Position numbers and translations under genes: made by a program. From Torpedo marmorata (taxonomy: Eukaryota), in the NCBI GenBank assembly GCA_977017645.1, contig OZ360247.1:43958001-44022000 (forward strand): DNA of 64,000 nucleotides. The letters are read 5' to 3'. The notes beneath the pieces are model-generated. The model was not told where the DNA came from and did not search any database. It worked only from the letters and a program-made list of their open reading frames with translations. How positions within the stretch are numbered: position 1 is the stretch's first letter; each line of letters starts with the position of its first letter. Below are positions 37,987-50,700 of this stretch, piece by piece.

Positions 37987-40487
37987 TAATTTTAACTCAT
38001 TCTTCTTGTTTTCCTATTTTTTTCCCTCCTTGCATATTCTCTGGGTAGTTGTGTAATTTGGCTCCAAAGTTACAATTAGGAAGATTTGAGACCCCCAAAA
38101 ATTTTTTACTTTATAAATATTCTTCAGCATGCAAAGTTTATTTTTGTATATTGTGTATTGAATGTTTCAAAAAAATTGGCATTTTCTAAGGAAAAAGATG
38201 TAACTTTCTGACTTCCTCCCCGTTCCTCCTTCACTGCCCCAACTTCCACAACGTAGTTGTATACATTGTAGTCTGACACTGATCTTGAAAGATTGGTATT
38301 ATCATTTTGATGAGTGAGAGATATATTTGCATGGTATTTGATAAACTGTGGCAGGCAGTCCTTTTAAATTTAATTCGATTTCAGTTTTGTTCACTAATTT
38401 GAGAAAATTCTGTTTCTTAGAAAAATTCCTGGAGTTTCTGCGGAAAATTTTATTAAATATGTCACGTTGGTTATTTGTCATATTGCTCTTTGTATTTTAA
38501 GGATCTTGGCATTCATTGCATGAGCCTGAATATCTCAATGGTTATTTCTTAACTTTTAATAATCAACAAATTGCTGAGAACTTAAATACAGTACTCCGAT
38601 TTAGTGCAAGGCATGATAGAAGAATAAACATGGACCAAAGTGGATGTTTGGAGTGGAAATAAAGCATGTGAGTTGGTTTCAATGGGGTCCCTCCAGAATT
38701 TGCTTGTATATCTCCAACTATTCTATCCTAACCTTGAAACTAACTGGTGTTGGTTTCACCTTGAATACTCTTGTGTTTTCTGAGAGTGATATTGGAGCTG
38801 CTGGTTTCTATGCCCTGTTCAAGCAAAAGCAGAAGGACCTGTGCCATATCAGGTACAAACCTAATCTCATGTAGCAGGACCATTATAATTTAATATCCTC
38901 CATTAATCACACCAGATGTCCTTGAAAGTCCCTTTTGATATCCAGAACTAAGAGCAACTTTTGTGTTCTGGTGTGGACCACTATTCATTAAGAGAGGACT
39001 TGGAATAGTCCAAGCTCATGTTATTTTTAAAAATAACTTTATTATATTCTGACTGAAGTGAATACTAAAGCCGGCCAATAGAATAATTAATTTCATGTAT
39101 TCACATTGTATCTGGTGGAAAGCATGCTTTTTTGCCAAAGAATTAAAATCTGCTGTGGAAGTCGGATGTTCCAATCAGATCATTGAGAAATAATTTCTTT
39201 ATTTTGATCTCTTCATCAGACATAACGTATGACATTCAAGTGAAATACCTCGATTTGTTCCTTTTTTGTGTCTAAGACTTCTACAAACTACAACTATCCA
39301 GACCTGAGCTTTTTGAGCCGAATATCTTGTGTAGAGTTTGCCACCCATATCAGGAGCACTGATCCATCCCAGTTCCACCTTTTGCAGATTTAAAGACAAA
39401 AATACTTGCATTTATACTAAATCAGTTATGACGAAGACCATCCAAATGCTTGATGACTAGTGGTGACTGTTGTTAAATGTGACAGCTACTTTGCGCACAC
39501 CCAAGATCCACATATTGATTAGATGATTTGTGCCTGCATATCCTTCAGCCCCAGAATGCTTTTTAATGTCCACATGAGGCCAGAATTTCATTTGACTTTT
39601 ATTTCTTATAATAACCCTTTGTCATACAAGGCGGTTATTCAAAGTTCATTCTCGTATCAATAAAGTAGGAACTATCATGTGATCTTGTCCACCTATGATA
39701 GATGAGTGCAGCTTTTGTGATCACACTTATTTTTCTTCTTGTATGTATTTTTAATTAAAATGGATGTAGCAATTGACTTGCATAGCCTGAGGAATAAATT
39801 TTGTAAGCATTTTTCTCAATATTTTTAAAGGAAAAGTTATTCAAGTCTGGAAGATGCAGTTAGAACCTTTAGCTCCAGAAGCAGAGTTTGAAATCCGATT
39901 AATTGGCAGGAGTAAAAGTTTTTGTTTTGTACTTAATTTTAAAATTATTCAAAATGTTTGTGAGCACATTCTCTTGTTGGAGCAGTCCCATCGCAAAACT
40001 TGTCAGGATTATATTTTGGAGAAATGGAAATGTGCAGAGTTCAGTAGGATTCTTTTGAAATTTGAATTGGAAACTTGAACATTTACAATTTTGATAAAGG
40101 CATTGCTCACTTGTACGTATTCACCATATATAAATTTGGTGAAATATAGTTGTACTTACTGGTGAAATGACAGGTATTAATAGTGATGCAATGAAAAATT
40201 TTGTGTAATTTTTAATATGGTCAAAATTAGTTATAGGTACAGGTTATTTTTTATGTCCCCTCTACATGCTTGTGTGGGACTGAAAATTGTATTTAGTGTG
40301 GGATTCTGCCTATCCTTGCCAGTCTTTTTGCTGTCTGCATGCTTTGAATATTTTTCCTCAAATTTGATATTAACTTTGCACTGTGAGATCCTTGATTCTG
40401 TAATTTTTCTTTTGCATTAATTTATGTTTATTTTCCAGCATATTATAAATGTAAATACATAGAGGAATAGTGCATGACACTTAACAT

Positions 40488-40925
40488 TTTTTTTTGAATA
40501 TTTTATTTGTATTTTTTAAAGCTAAACATATTATCAATAACAAAAATAATACATCATCAAATATAATATTCGTCTGTTGACTGTTATATTAAAAAACAAC
40601 AACAAAACTATAAACAAAGGAAAACCCACCCACCCAATTCCCCCCAAAATGAAAGAAAAGAGAGGAATAGTATAAGAAAAGGTTGAAATAGAAAAGGAAA
40701 GAAGACGTTGGAGGCTCGTTGCCCACCCCGCAGGCTTAAATTACTTGGCATACTCGGATTTCTGAAGAGGAAATGGACATAGGTCCTGGGGGCAAGGGGG
40801 GGCCTGGTTATAGATTTACAGCCATGTGTTGTAAATATGGAGTCCAAATCTTTAAAAATATATCATATCTATTTCTAAGATTATAGGTAATCTTCTCAAG
40901 TACCAACTTGTAATGGCATCTTGTC
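40488..40925 (-). mobile_element. L1 3' end (different subfamily)
   Basis: LEKITYNLRNRYDIFLKIWTPY on the minus strand; T-run (A tail) near 40488. Confidence 0.8.
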
Positions 40926-42749
40926 TCAGCATCCAATTCAAAGTTTACAATTGGAGTTAGATTCATGTGCAAGATTACAAATAAAATTTCTTCCAACTAA
41001 TTTTTTCCTATTTGTGCAGTCTGAGATATTTTGGATAATTTGTTCAAATGGCCATGTGCCATGTGAGAGAAACTGTATTGCACAAGACATCAGAACTGGA
41101 CCTGATTCAGTTGTGTGTCCATATTTGTATGCTCACCTTTGGTTCCATAAACTCAGTGAAAATGAGGGCATTTGCTGTCTTATCTAAATGCCTATAGAAG
41201 ACCAAGAGTTAAAAGTAAGACCATTACAGTAATGGAAAATGAAATCTGAAAAATTATGTCGCCTTTCATTGTTGCATCCAAAAGTGTCCATGTAATCAAA
41301 ACGCTGCACCAATAATAGGAGTTGCACTTTTGACATCAGAAACTTATGGTTTCTGTGAGAATTTAGTCTCCCTCTTGCTCAAATCTGGTAAATTTCAGAT
41401 GTACTGACGAGCTTGTGGAGGAAGCCTTTGGATTGACTATGACTTCCTAATAACCAGAGTCAGGTTGGAAATGACCAGTTTATGAAAGAAGTTTTCATTC
41501 ATATGCTTCTTGGATGATATTAGGAAGTGCCAAAGCATTTTATAGCCAATGAAGTATGCCAGCCCACCTCAACAATGAAATCTAGCTGTTTTACTGGAAT
41601 TTTGAATGGAGGCCTGGCAATGTTGTGCATTTGTCAGGTGCACATTAAGTTTCTTCTGACCCCCTGTGTTAAGAGCTTTTGATTTGTGGTTTTAGTCTTT
41701 TTATATTTTGCTTCATAGTACAAAACATCTTTGAACATGCTTGTGCCAGAGAGAATTGTGTTCAGTTTTTGCTGCTAATGCAAATATTTTGGGTAATACT
41801 TTGAATTCTATATTTGATGGTGTTCTGGCTGTATGTTATATCGACATCATTTTGGATGTTTTGTGCTTTTAAAAAAAAGGCTATAGGTACTCGCTGTTTT
41901 AAATGGATATTAGTGTCTATCATGATACTTGTTTTAATTTGATTTGTGTGTCCTGATCTGTGGGATCAGATTAGTTAATTTTGTAGAGTTGGTGCACACA
42001 CCAAATGTGATAAATTGTTATTTGATTTTAGATAATTTACCAAATACGGAGCATTAATAACACAGTTTTAGTTCTTATTATAACTTCTAGTCATTTTATT
42101 GAATTGTTTTGATATTATGGCAGAGGAGATTGATTTCCATTCCAGCATGAGTTTGTTTCCAAGAAAATCAATTTTTAAAATGACTCAAAGTAACAAGATG
42201 ATCTTACCAAACAAAAACACACAAAACACAAAAAAAGACTCCATATGTTCATCAGGTCAGGTAACATCTGGAAAGAGAAGTGGAAGTTAACATTTCAGAC
42301 ATATGGCCTTACTGCAGGAAGCAAGGACGTGGACATCTAACTGCTGGAAGCTCACAGTTGGGGAAAATGGGGTGGCAATATTGGTAAGAGGAGAGGGAAT
42401 GAAGGATGTGGAAGGTAGGAGAGTAAATGATAAATGGATGATGGTGTAAGGCAAAAGGGAATAGTAGTGAGATAAGTAAAGAATGTAAAGATGGGTTCAG
42501 AGGAGCTGAAAACGGCAACAGAAACATTGCGCAATTGGGGTGGGGGGTCTAATTTTAATTTATTTGATTGAAAATGGACCAGACTTGCGTACTTTTGGTA
42601 ACTGAACAAAAAGAGAAACTAAAAATTTGTGTGCTAGGTTTCGGCAACTCTGATAAAAACCAGTTAGACGAATGTACCTGACAAAGAACCAATAGTGAGA
42701 TACCAAACATGTACCTCCTTAAATACTCTCTGAGAGGCTGTTTACAATG

Positions 42750-43280
42750 ACTAAGGATTTTTTGTTTTGGATGCTTCTGGAGGAAAAAGGAAAAACTGAC
42801 TTTATTAATCTACATTTGACTGAAGATTGAAGACAAAACATAATTACACTGGCTATGATATCATCAGGCATTGCTTCAACACATTTCACTGAGGGGAAAA
42901 CTGCACTTGGCTTTTAAACCCTTTAAATTTGACAGATGGAGACTACAACGTGTGACATGCACTGAAAAGGAAAAAATCTAAAAGATTATAAACTTGTTGT
43001 CTGGGATGACAGCAGCTCACAAAATAGCCACTGAAGCATGGGATTGAATGTTGCGTGGCCTTAGACACAATAAACTAATGGGAGGTGTTACTTTAGTGCT
43101 AGGTCGGATGCTATCAGTGATTCCACAAGCCACTGAAGCTGATGAATTGAAAGCCTGCATTAAAACATGTATTTGTGGAAAAAGTTAAACCATTATACTT
43201 GAAAGCCGATACGTGAGTGCATTTAACAAGTGATCCTTCTGCAATAGAGTTTCCTTCAAGTTACTCAAATTAGGAAATGT
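42750..43280 (+). mobile_element. Helitron RepHel PIF1-like helicase fossil
   Basis: Across frameshifts: FFVLDASGG-GKT (42758-42796), SSGIAST (42861), GKTA, KLVVWD (42990), LMGGVTLVLG (43075), VIPQATEADELKACIK (43117-43164), LLKLGN (43261). Confidence 0.8.
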
Positions 43281-43329
43281 CCGGAATCGGCCTCTCCTGT
43301 GCTGTAAATAAAATGTAAAAAGAATAAAA

Positions 43330-43825
43330 GTTAATTTCAGGGAACTCTATATTCTGTCCTTTTCTTTCCTGATCTTCCCAGGTCCTTTCGCATCCTTTTG
43401 TTTCCAACTCCCTCAGCCCCCATTACTCAGTTTCTTTGCCCTCCCCTACAGATTCCTCCCACTGGGTCTCTCCCCCCCCCCCCCCTTACAGTTGCCATAT
43501 GCCCATCATCCCTCTCTTATTTAGTTCATCTTTCTTATTAGATTCCATCATCTTCAGCTCTTTGTTGTATCCACTTATCACCTCTCAGCCTCTTGCTTTC
43601 TCCACTGTTCCCTCCTCCGCCTGACTATCTGCCAATCAGCCCCTCATCACCTGGAACTGCCCATCGTTTGTCACCTATTGTCTCCCTCATCTCTTTATTC
43701 TGGCCATCTGCCCTCTACTCTTTCAGGCCAGATGAAGCGTCTCGACCCAAAACATCGACTGTCTATTTCCCTTCACAGATGCTGCCAGCTCTGCTGACCT
43801 CTTTCAGTAGTTTGTTTTTTGCTCC
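43330..43825 (+). mobile_element. Penelope-type pyrimidine-rich tail
   Basis: GATGAAGCGTCTCGACCCAAAACATCGAC..CAGATGCTGCC..CTGCTGA tail motif. Confidence 0.6.
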
Positions 43826-43845
43826 TAACAGTTGGGCTACTTTTT

Positions 43846-45857
43846 TAATATTGTATTTTACATTTTTGAATTTTTCACACAGTAGTACAACATATGTAAT
43901 ATACATCATTAACTCCAGTAAACAAAAAACATACTTTGTATCACAGTGTATCTAACCCTTCCCTTAACCCACCCCCTATAATATTTCTACCCCACCCTCC
44001 ACCTCCCTTTAATTCCCTCCCCTTACTAAAAACTAAAAAAGAAAACAGAAAAGAAGGCATTAGTATTACTTATTAAAAACATCTGTACGGATCGCTGCTG
44101 GGTCCACAGCTCGACGCATGGTATTCAACAGTATTTTTATTCTTTAAATTTGAGAGAGTCAACAGGGTCTAGGATGTAGAGCAACACATTTAAATATTCA
44201 TACCTAATGATTGGATATATGGACGCCAAATTTGCAATAAGACCCCATATTTATTTCTCATATTATATGTTATTTTTTCCAATGGAATACAACTCCGCAT
44301 CTCTATATTCCATCTATCCATGCCTAAATTTGTATCTGTTTTCCAAGTTACTGCTATACACTTCCTTGCTACTGCTAAAGCAATTTTTACAAATTTCAGT
44401 TGATATGTTGATAACTTCAACTTTGGTCTAGTTCCTTCCACATTCCCTAATAAAAATAAATCAGGGTTCTGTGGAAATGTGACACTTGTAATTTGTTTTA
44501 ACAGATTCCCTAACTCTATCCAAAAATGTTTTACCTTAGAGCATAACCATGTTGAATGTAAAAAAGTTCCCACCTCTTCACCACATCTAAAACACTTATT
44601 TGATAATGTAGATTTTATCTTATTCAATTTTTGTGGTGTAAGATATAGTTGATGTAAAAAATTATACTGTACTAATCTATATCTTACATTAATAGTATAG
44701 GTCATGCTATCTTGACATAAATCCGACCATCCTTTTTCATCTCTGCAAAGATTGCATTTTAAATTGGAAGAATATGGGAAAGTTTCTGGTTATAAGATAA
44801 ACTGAGATGAAAGTGAAATTATGCCTCTTACAGAGGGAGATGATACTTTATGTAAAAGAAGTGCTCATTTTAAATGGCCACATAATGGGATAAAATATCT
44901 CGGGTTTCGAACAGATAATAATTTTAAAAATCTACGGTATATAAACGGCATTATCTACCACTACTTAAAAAGATTAAAGAAGATTTGGAAAAATGGATTA
45001 ATTTACCTATTACATTGATAGGAAGAGTTAATTGTATTAAAATGAATATATTTCCGAGGATACAGTATTTGTATCAAACTATACCTATTTTATTACCACA
45101 GGTTTTTTTTTCCAGGATTTAAATAAACAAGTGCGAAAATTTCTTTGGAAAGGTAAAATGTCAAGAGTTTCTATGGAACGTTTAACATGGAAATATGAAT
45201 TGGGAGGCTTACAACTGCCTAATTTTAAAAATTATTATCGAGTGGCACAAATGAGATTTGTTACTTCCTTTTTTGAAAGTGAAGGAAGACCTGCATGGGT
45301 TGGAATAGAGCTAGGAGAAATAGGAGAGAAAGTACCAGAAGAATTTATATATAAATGGAACTCAAAATTATTGATAGGAGTTAAAGAAACACCGATACTA
45401 AAACATTTGATTAATGTATGGAATAAGATTAATGATGAGATAGGGATGAAAGGAACTATATCACCTAAAACGTCATTGATACAGAATAATCTTATACCTT
45501 TTACAAAAGATAATCAATTTTTAAATATATGGTCACAGAAAGGAATAAAGAAGATAGAAGATTGTTATGAAGGGAAGCAATTGATGTCGTTTATACAGCT
45601 AAGAAACAAATATGGAATACCGAATAACACTCTTTTTTGTTATTTTCAATTAAGAGGTTATTTAAGGGAAAAATTAGGTCCGGATATGTTGTTACAAGAT
45701 TGTAGTGAGGTGAAACCCTTATTAGGAAAGGAAATATTAAAAAATTTACTTCTATAATATATTCTTTGTTACAAAGGGGAGCTTTAAAACAAGGACATAA
45801 ATCTAGACAAAGATGGGAACAAGATCTTAATGTTATAATTGATGAAAAAAGATGGTC
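43846..45857 (-). mobile_element. L1 insertion with 5' inversion: 3' part on minus (43846-44741), inverted part on plus (44740-45857)
   Basis: Contiguous ORF2 segments lie in opposite orientations within one TSD, GGGCTACTTTT (43834-43844 and 45858-45868). Confidence 0.88.
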
Positions 45858-45889
45858 GGGCTACTTTTAAACAGTCTGTAAGACTTGTA

Positions 45890-47215
45890 AAACTCTGAAT
45901 CATGGGGGAAAAGGAATTTAAAAAACTTTTGGACTAAAGGCAGACAAGTCACCACTACCCAATGACTTCTACCCTTAAGTTTCAAAATAATTAGCTACAG
46001 AGATAGTGGATCCATTTCATGGATTTTTTTTTTTTTTCAAATTCACAGAAGGGTATCGATAGATTGGAAAACAGAAAATATGACTCCCTTGTACAAGGAG
46101 GAAGACAAAAAGCATGAAACTAGAGTTCAGTTAGCGTATTGTTTCTTGTTGGCAAGATGCTAGAGTGCAAGATCAAAAGAGAATTAATGAATAATTTAGG
46201 AAAGCTTCATATCAAATCCAGTTGGTTTCATTAAAGGCAAATCTTTGACAAATTCTTTAAAAATGTAACAAGCAGAGAAGATGGAGGGCAACCTGATGAT
46301 ATGTATTTGGAGCAAAAACATTTGAAAGGTGCCGTATAAAAGATTCTTACGCAAGTTAAGAGCTTGCAGGAAATGTGTTAACATGGATTGAAAATTGGTT
46401 ATCACAGAAAAAGCACAGTTGGAATAAATAGGCCTTTTTCAGGTTGGAAGGGTGTAACTCGTGGTGAATCCCAGGGATCTGTTCTTCGTCCTCAATTATT
46501 TAATATTTCTATTATTACCCTGGAGCAGGTGGTGGAATGCACGCATCCAAACTTGCAGATGACCTGAAAATAGATGGAAGGGCACACAAAGATGAGGATA
46601 TTGTGTCCAGATAGATTGAATGTGGCTGAAAATTTGGCAAATGGAGTTTAATATGGGAAAATGCTAGTGTTAATGGACTCAGTAAGAGCAATCAAAGGGA
46701 AAATTATTATCTAAATGGAAAGAAACTGCAAATTATGAAGTATAGAGGGTCTAGGTGTTCTTGTGCATGAATCATAAATGGAAAACAAGTGAAGCAAGTA
46801 ATTAAGAGGATAAATTGAATATTGATCTTTATTTCAAAGGGGTTGGAGTTTAGAAATAGGGAAGTTTTGTTACAATAGTATACGATGTTAGAACACTGTT
46901 GGAGTACTGGCCACCGATTTGGTCCTCTTGCCTCAGAAAGGACAAAGTAGCATTGGAGGCAATCCAAAAGTGAATCACCACACTAATTTGTGGAATGAGA
47001 GGATTGTCCAATCAGGAGAGACTAAACCGTTTGGGCCTGTTTTCTTTGGAGTTTAGAAGAAAAAGGGGTGATCTTATTAAAACATAACATCGTAAGGGGC
47101 GTGACAGGGTAGATGTTAAGATGTTTTCACTGGTGGGAGAGTCTTGAATGGTGACATAATTTCAAGATGAGGGGCTAGAAATTTAAAATGGAAGTTTGTT
47201 GAAATCCCTTTCCAG
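45890..47215 (+). mobile_element. Degraded CR1 LINE
   Basis: Decayed [28 protein letters not shown] and KLADDLK motifs, plus a CR1 3' region. Confidence 0.75.
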
Positions 47216-47683
47216 TACACCTTGGGTCTGAAATGTAAAATGCCTTTTGGATGCTGCATTATCTGGCTGAGTTTCTCCAGTACTTTTGTGCCCTGCACTA
47301 GACTCCAGCATCTGCAGATTTCTTATTGCCTCCTTGTAGAAATTACTTCTTGTATTGAATCTCTGGAATTCTCTGCTATAGTTTTTGTCTGGCAGTTGAA
47401 TAGTTTTGGAGGATTTTGTAAGGCTATACTCTGAGACCAAGCAATACTAACCCACCTTCATGAACATTGCATCTCAATTTTTGGTAATTGGAGCTTCAGG
47501 TATATTTCCTCTGACAAACAAAACCCAGTCTTGAGACCACAATCAATACTTTCAAATGCTTTTGGATGTGGCTACATTATCTCATTCTCTTTCTCTTCTC
47601 TCTCTATTTTCACCCTCATCCCACTCTTCCCCTTTCTTTCCACAGTAACTCCATTCTTTTCTCTCTGCTTCTCTTTCGTTCAG

Positions 47684-47746
47684 CAGAACTTTGGTACTGC
47701 TGCACAGGGAGACTCAGAGATGGCAAGAGACACGTTGAATTGAGAG
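47684..47746 (+). other. GPATCH8: Candidate alternative exon in GPATCH8 intron 3 (in-frame AELWYCCTGRLRDGKRHVELR, or the start of a longer poison exon)
   Basis: About 100-nt polypyrimidine tract (47578-47680), CAGCAG acceptor, purine-rich body, weak GAG|GTTTTA donor; strong GTAAGT donors at 48241 and 48297. Confidence 0.45.
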
Positions 47747-50700
47747 GTTTTAACCTTTGCCATGTTCCACAGTTTGAGAAATACTTTCTTTTCTGTTACA
47801 TCAGTGTGAAATCTTGTTTTTCCAATACCTACTTCAATATCGTGCTATCAAAAATCTTCACCATAGCTGAGTCATTCTCCAAGGGCAATTTTACTAATGT
47901 AAATGCTTCAAGTATAACATCTTTATGCAATAAAATTTGAATGAAAATTTCATCACGAGCATAATTTAAACTTGTATGTGCTGTTTTATTCTGTAGAAAG
48001 AAAATTCCATACATCTGTACTGAAGTAGTTTTGGCTGTAAAGAATGACCCAACCTTGGTAGTGGAAAATGTCCTTTTTTTGAAAGATTTGGAACAACATA
48101 ATGCCAATGCTCTTATCCCATCCTATTTTAGCTGAAAGGGAAAGAATCACAGCCACAAACCCAGAGATTAATGATTTTTGCTTTTTTTTTAAATTTTTTT
48201 TAAATCATGAAAGAAAATTGCAACAAATGTACCTGTGATGGTAAGTGCTTTGAGATTAAGATGCAGCTTTGTTGTCTATTTGTTATTAAGAATCAGGTAA
48301 GTGCCTATTTTCATAGATTTAATCAGTTTTTGTTTGGAATTTGGACATTCAAAAACTGCTTAAGCAATGAGACCCTACACTTTAACAATGGCTTGTGTGC
48401 ATGTAGCTGTGGGTGCACTGTAGTTTTAAGTAAAACAATCATGATTAACATAGTACTTAAGAATTTCACAACTTCTGCTTCAGGGTAAATTTCATTTGTG
48501 CATTGAGTAGAACCTAGGTTCTCTTGTGTAATACAAAATTCAGGTAAGATATGAAGGTATATTCATTATTTTTGCATTGCATCCTATGAGTAACATTCCT
48601 AAATTGCATGCTGTTATGCTCCTGCTGATTTGATTAAAATACTTGTGTATCAGCTATTTAGTTTCCTTCCTTGTTGCTTGTGGTGTTTGCTCTTCCACTC
48701 AATTCACTCTTAATTTCTGTCAGATTAACTTTAACTCTATTTTGTGCGGAGGCAGGGGAGTGGGATAGATGGTGCATAAAGTGACCTGATCCTGACTTGA
48801 GCAAGATTTTTCCCACTGTAGTTTCCCAACATGACTTGTCAGAAAATTACCTATGGTAAAGCAATGAGTTTGTATTCTGATTACTTTATCATTCATTTAG
48901 TTGAAATTTAACATCAACAGAATAAAATGATGTTTATCCATGATTATCACCAAAAATTGCGCCTGGCAATTTTTGTTAAAACTTGGGTTTAATTTTATTA
49001 AAAGATGTCAGATGCAAAGCTCATCGCCAGAAGAGAGCTTCATTACAGATTTTGTTTAATTGCTGGTAATATTCAGCTATCCTCAGTGAATTTGACAATT
49101 TAATGCCACATTTTGTGCAGATTCATGCCAAAGTTGCTGAAAAGTTACTGCACAAATTATTCTCGTGGCTGCCTAATTCCAACCTAGAAATAAGTAAAAC
49201 AAAGTCTGGCAGGGTAGCTTTGAATTGTGAAATGTACATGTGCAACAAATGATGTTGCTCCCCTCTTCTGGCCTCTACTTTCCACTGCTGCTTCTGCTCA
49301 GTTGCCCCATTGCCTACCTCTTGTCCTCAGTAGCCACCACCTTTTCTTCAGCACACATTGGCTGTGCGTCAGCCTGCTTATCCTGCCCACCCATCTTCCC
49401 GGTCTCTTGTACTGCCTCCTGATAATCTTATAACTTGTATGTTTAACTGTGTACAATTCTGTGTAATGAAGTTGGAACAATATATTCAATTTATAGTGAG
49501 ATTTCAGAATAAAGTTGGCCTTATCTTGGGAATAAAAGTGTTTTTCTGCATGAAATCAATGGTGTAAGTAATTGGCTTAATTTTCAACACAGCTGTTGCA
49601 ATTCCTCAAGTCATATAACTCAATATTCTCCCAACCTAAATTATTATGGTGTAGATTCACCAGATCGGTGAATTCACCTGACTGTTGAATTTAGAGTTTC
49701 ATATTGACAGCAGATCAGATTAATTAAAGGTAAGACACTTTCCAAATTCAGAAATATTTTCAGATCTAAGCATGAAAAGAAACATGCATTTGTTCCAGAA
49801 GTTGTCCATTTGTCATCATGATTGTGTAGGACAACCTGAGTGAGATTAAGTGGAATTACCACAGTTATGTCGTGTTTGTTTAGCGTATTTTGTCTCATGT
49901 AGGTGCAAATTGATTGAAGTGCACCAAGTTTGTGCCAATACTATTTGGACAGATTCTAACCCATTAGGTTGCATAGATGACTTAACTTGCAATTAAATTA
50001 GACCATTAAATTATTTAAATTAATGGAGATGCTAGAAGCCTCTAAATTGTGTTTGTAATTGTCAGTTTAATTATAGCAGAACAATTTCACTCTCAATCCC
50101 TATATTTCATCAAAAAGTATTACAAATATAATTTCATCCTTAAATGCGAAGTGTCTAGTGGAAGGGTGCATTTTGACTCATTATGTTTGTGTTCGTTTTG
50201 TATTCCTTGAAGGCAAAAACCTTCCTAATGTAATGTGCACAAATAAAGCACGTTGTTATAATATGTTTTGGTTTGGTTCATTTTAAAAAGATGTTGCTCA
50301 TTTCTTTCCCTCTCCTTGTCATTTATTAGGCATGCCACCACACAGGATGGTGCATTTTGATAATCCTAAATTCTCTGGATAACAAATGATCCATCCAATA
50401 AAAATATACTTACCGGTAATTTTAACTCAGCAGAAAGTATTATTGCAAAATTTGATGAAATAAACTGTACATATATCAAGGAACTCAGCAAAAGTTTGAT
50501 TTCCATTGATTTTTTTTATTACAAGTGACAGGTGGTTAGCAATTAAATCCAGTGTTTTTTTCCTCCACATTTTCTCTTCTTTCATGAAAATAGAGTTACA
50601 CTCCTATGTGATCCTAATTATTTTAGGGTGCAGTCCCACAGCTAATGATAGTTCTGAATTATTGTTCAAATATAGGGAGTTAGCAGAGAATTTGTCCAGG

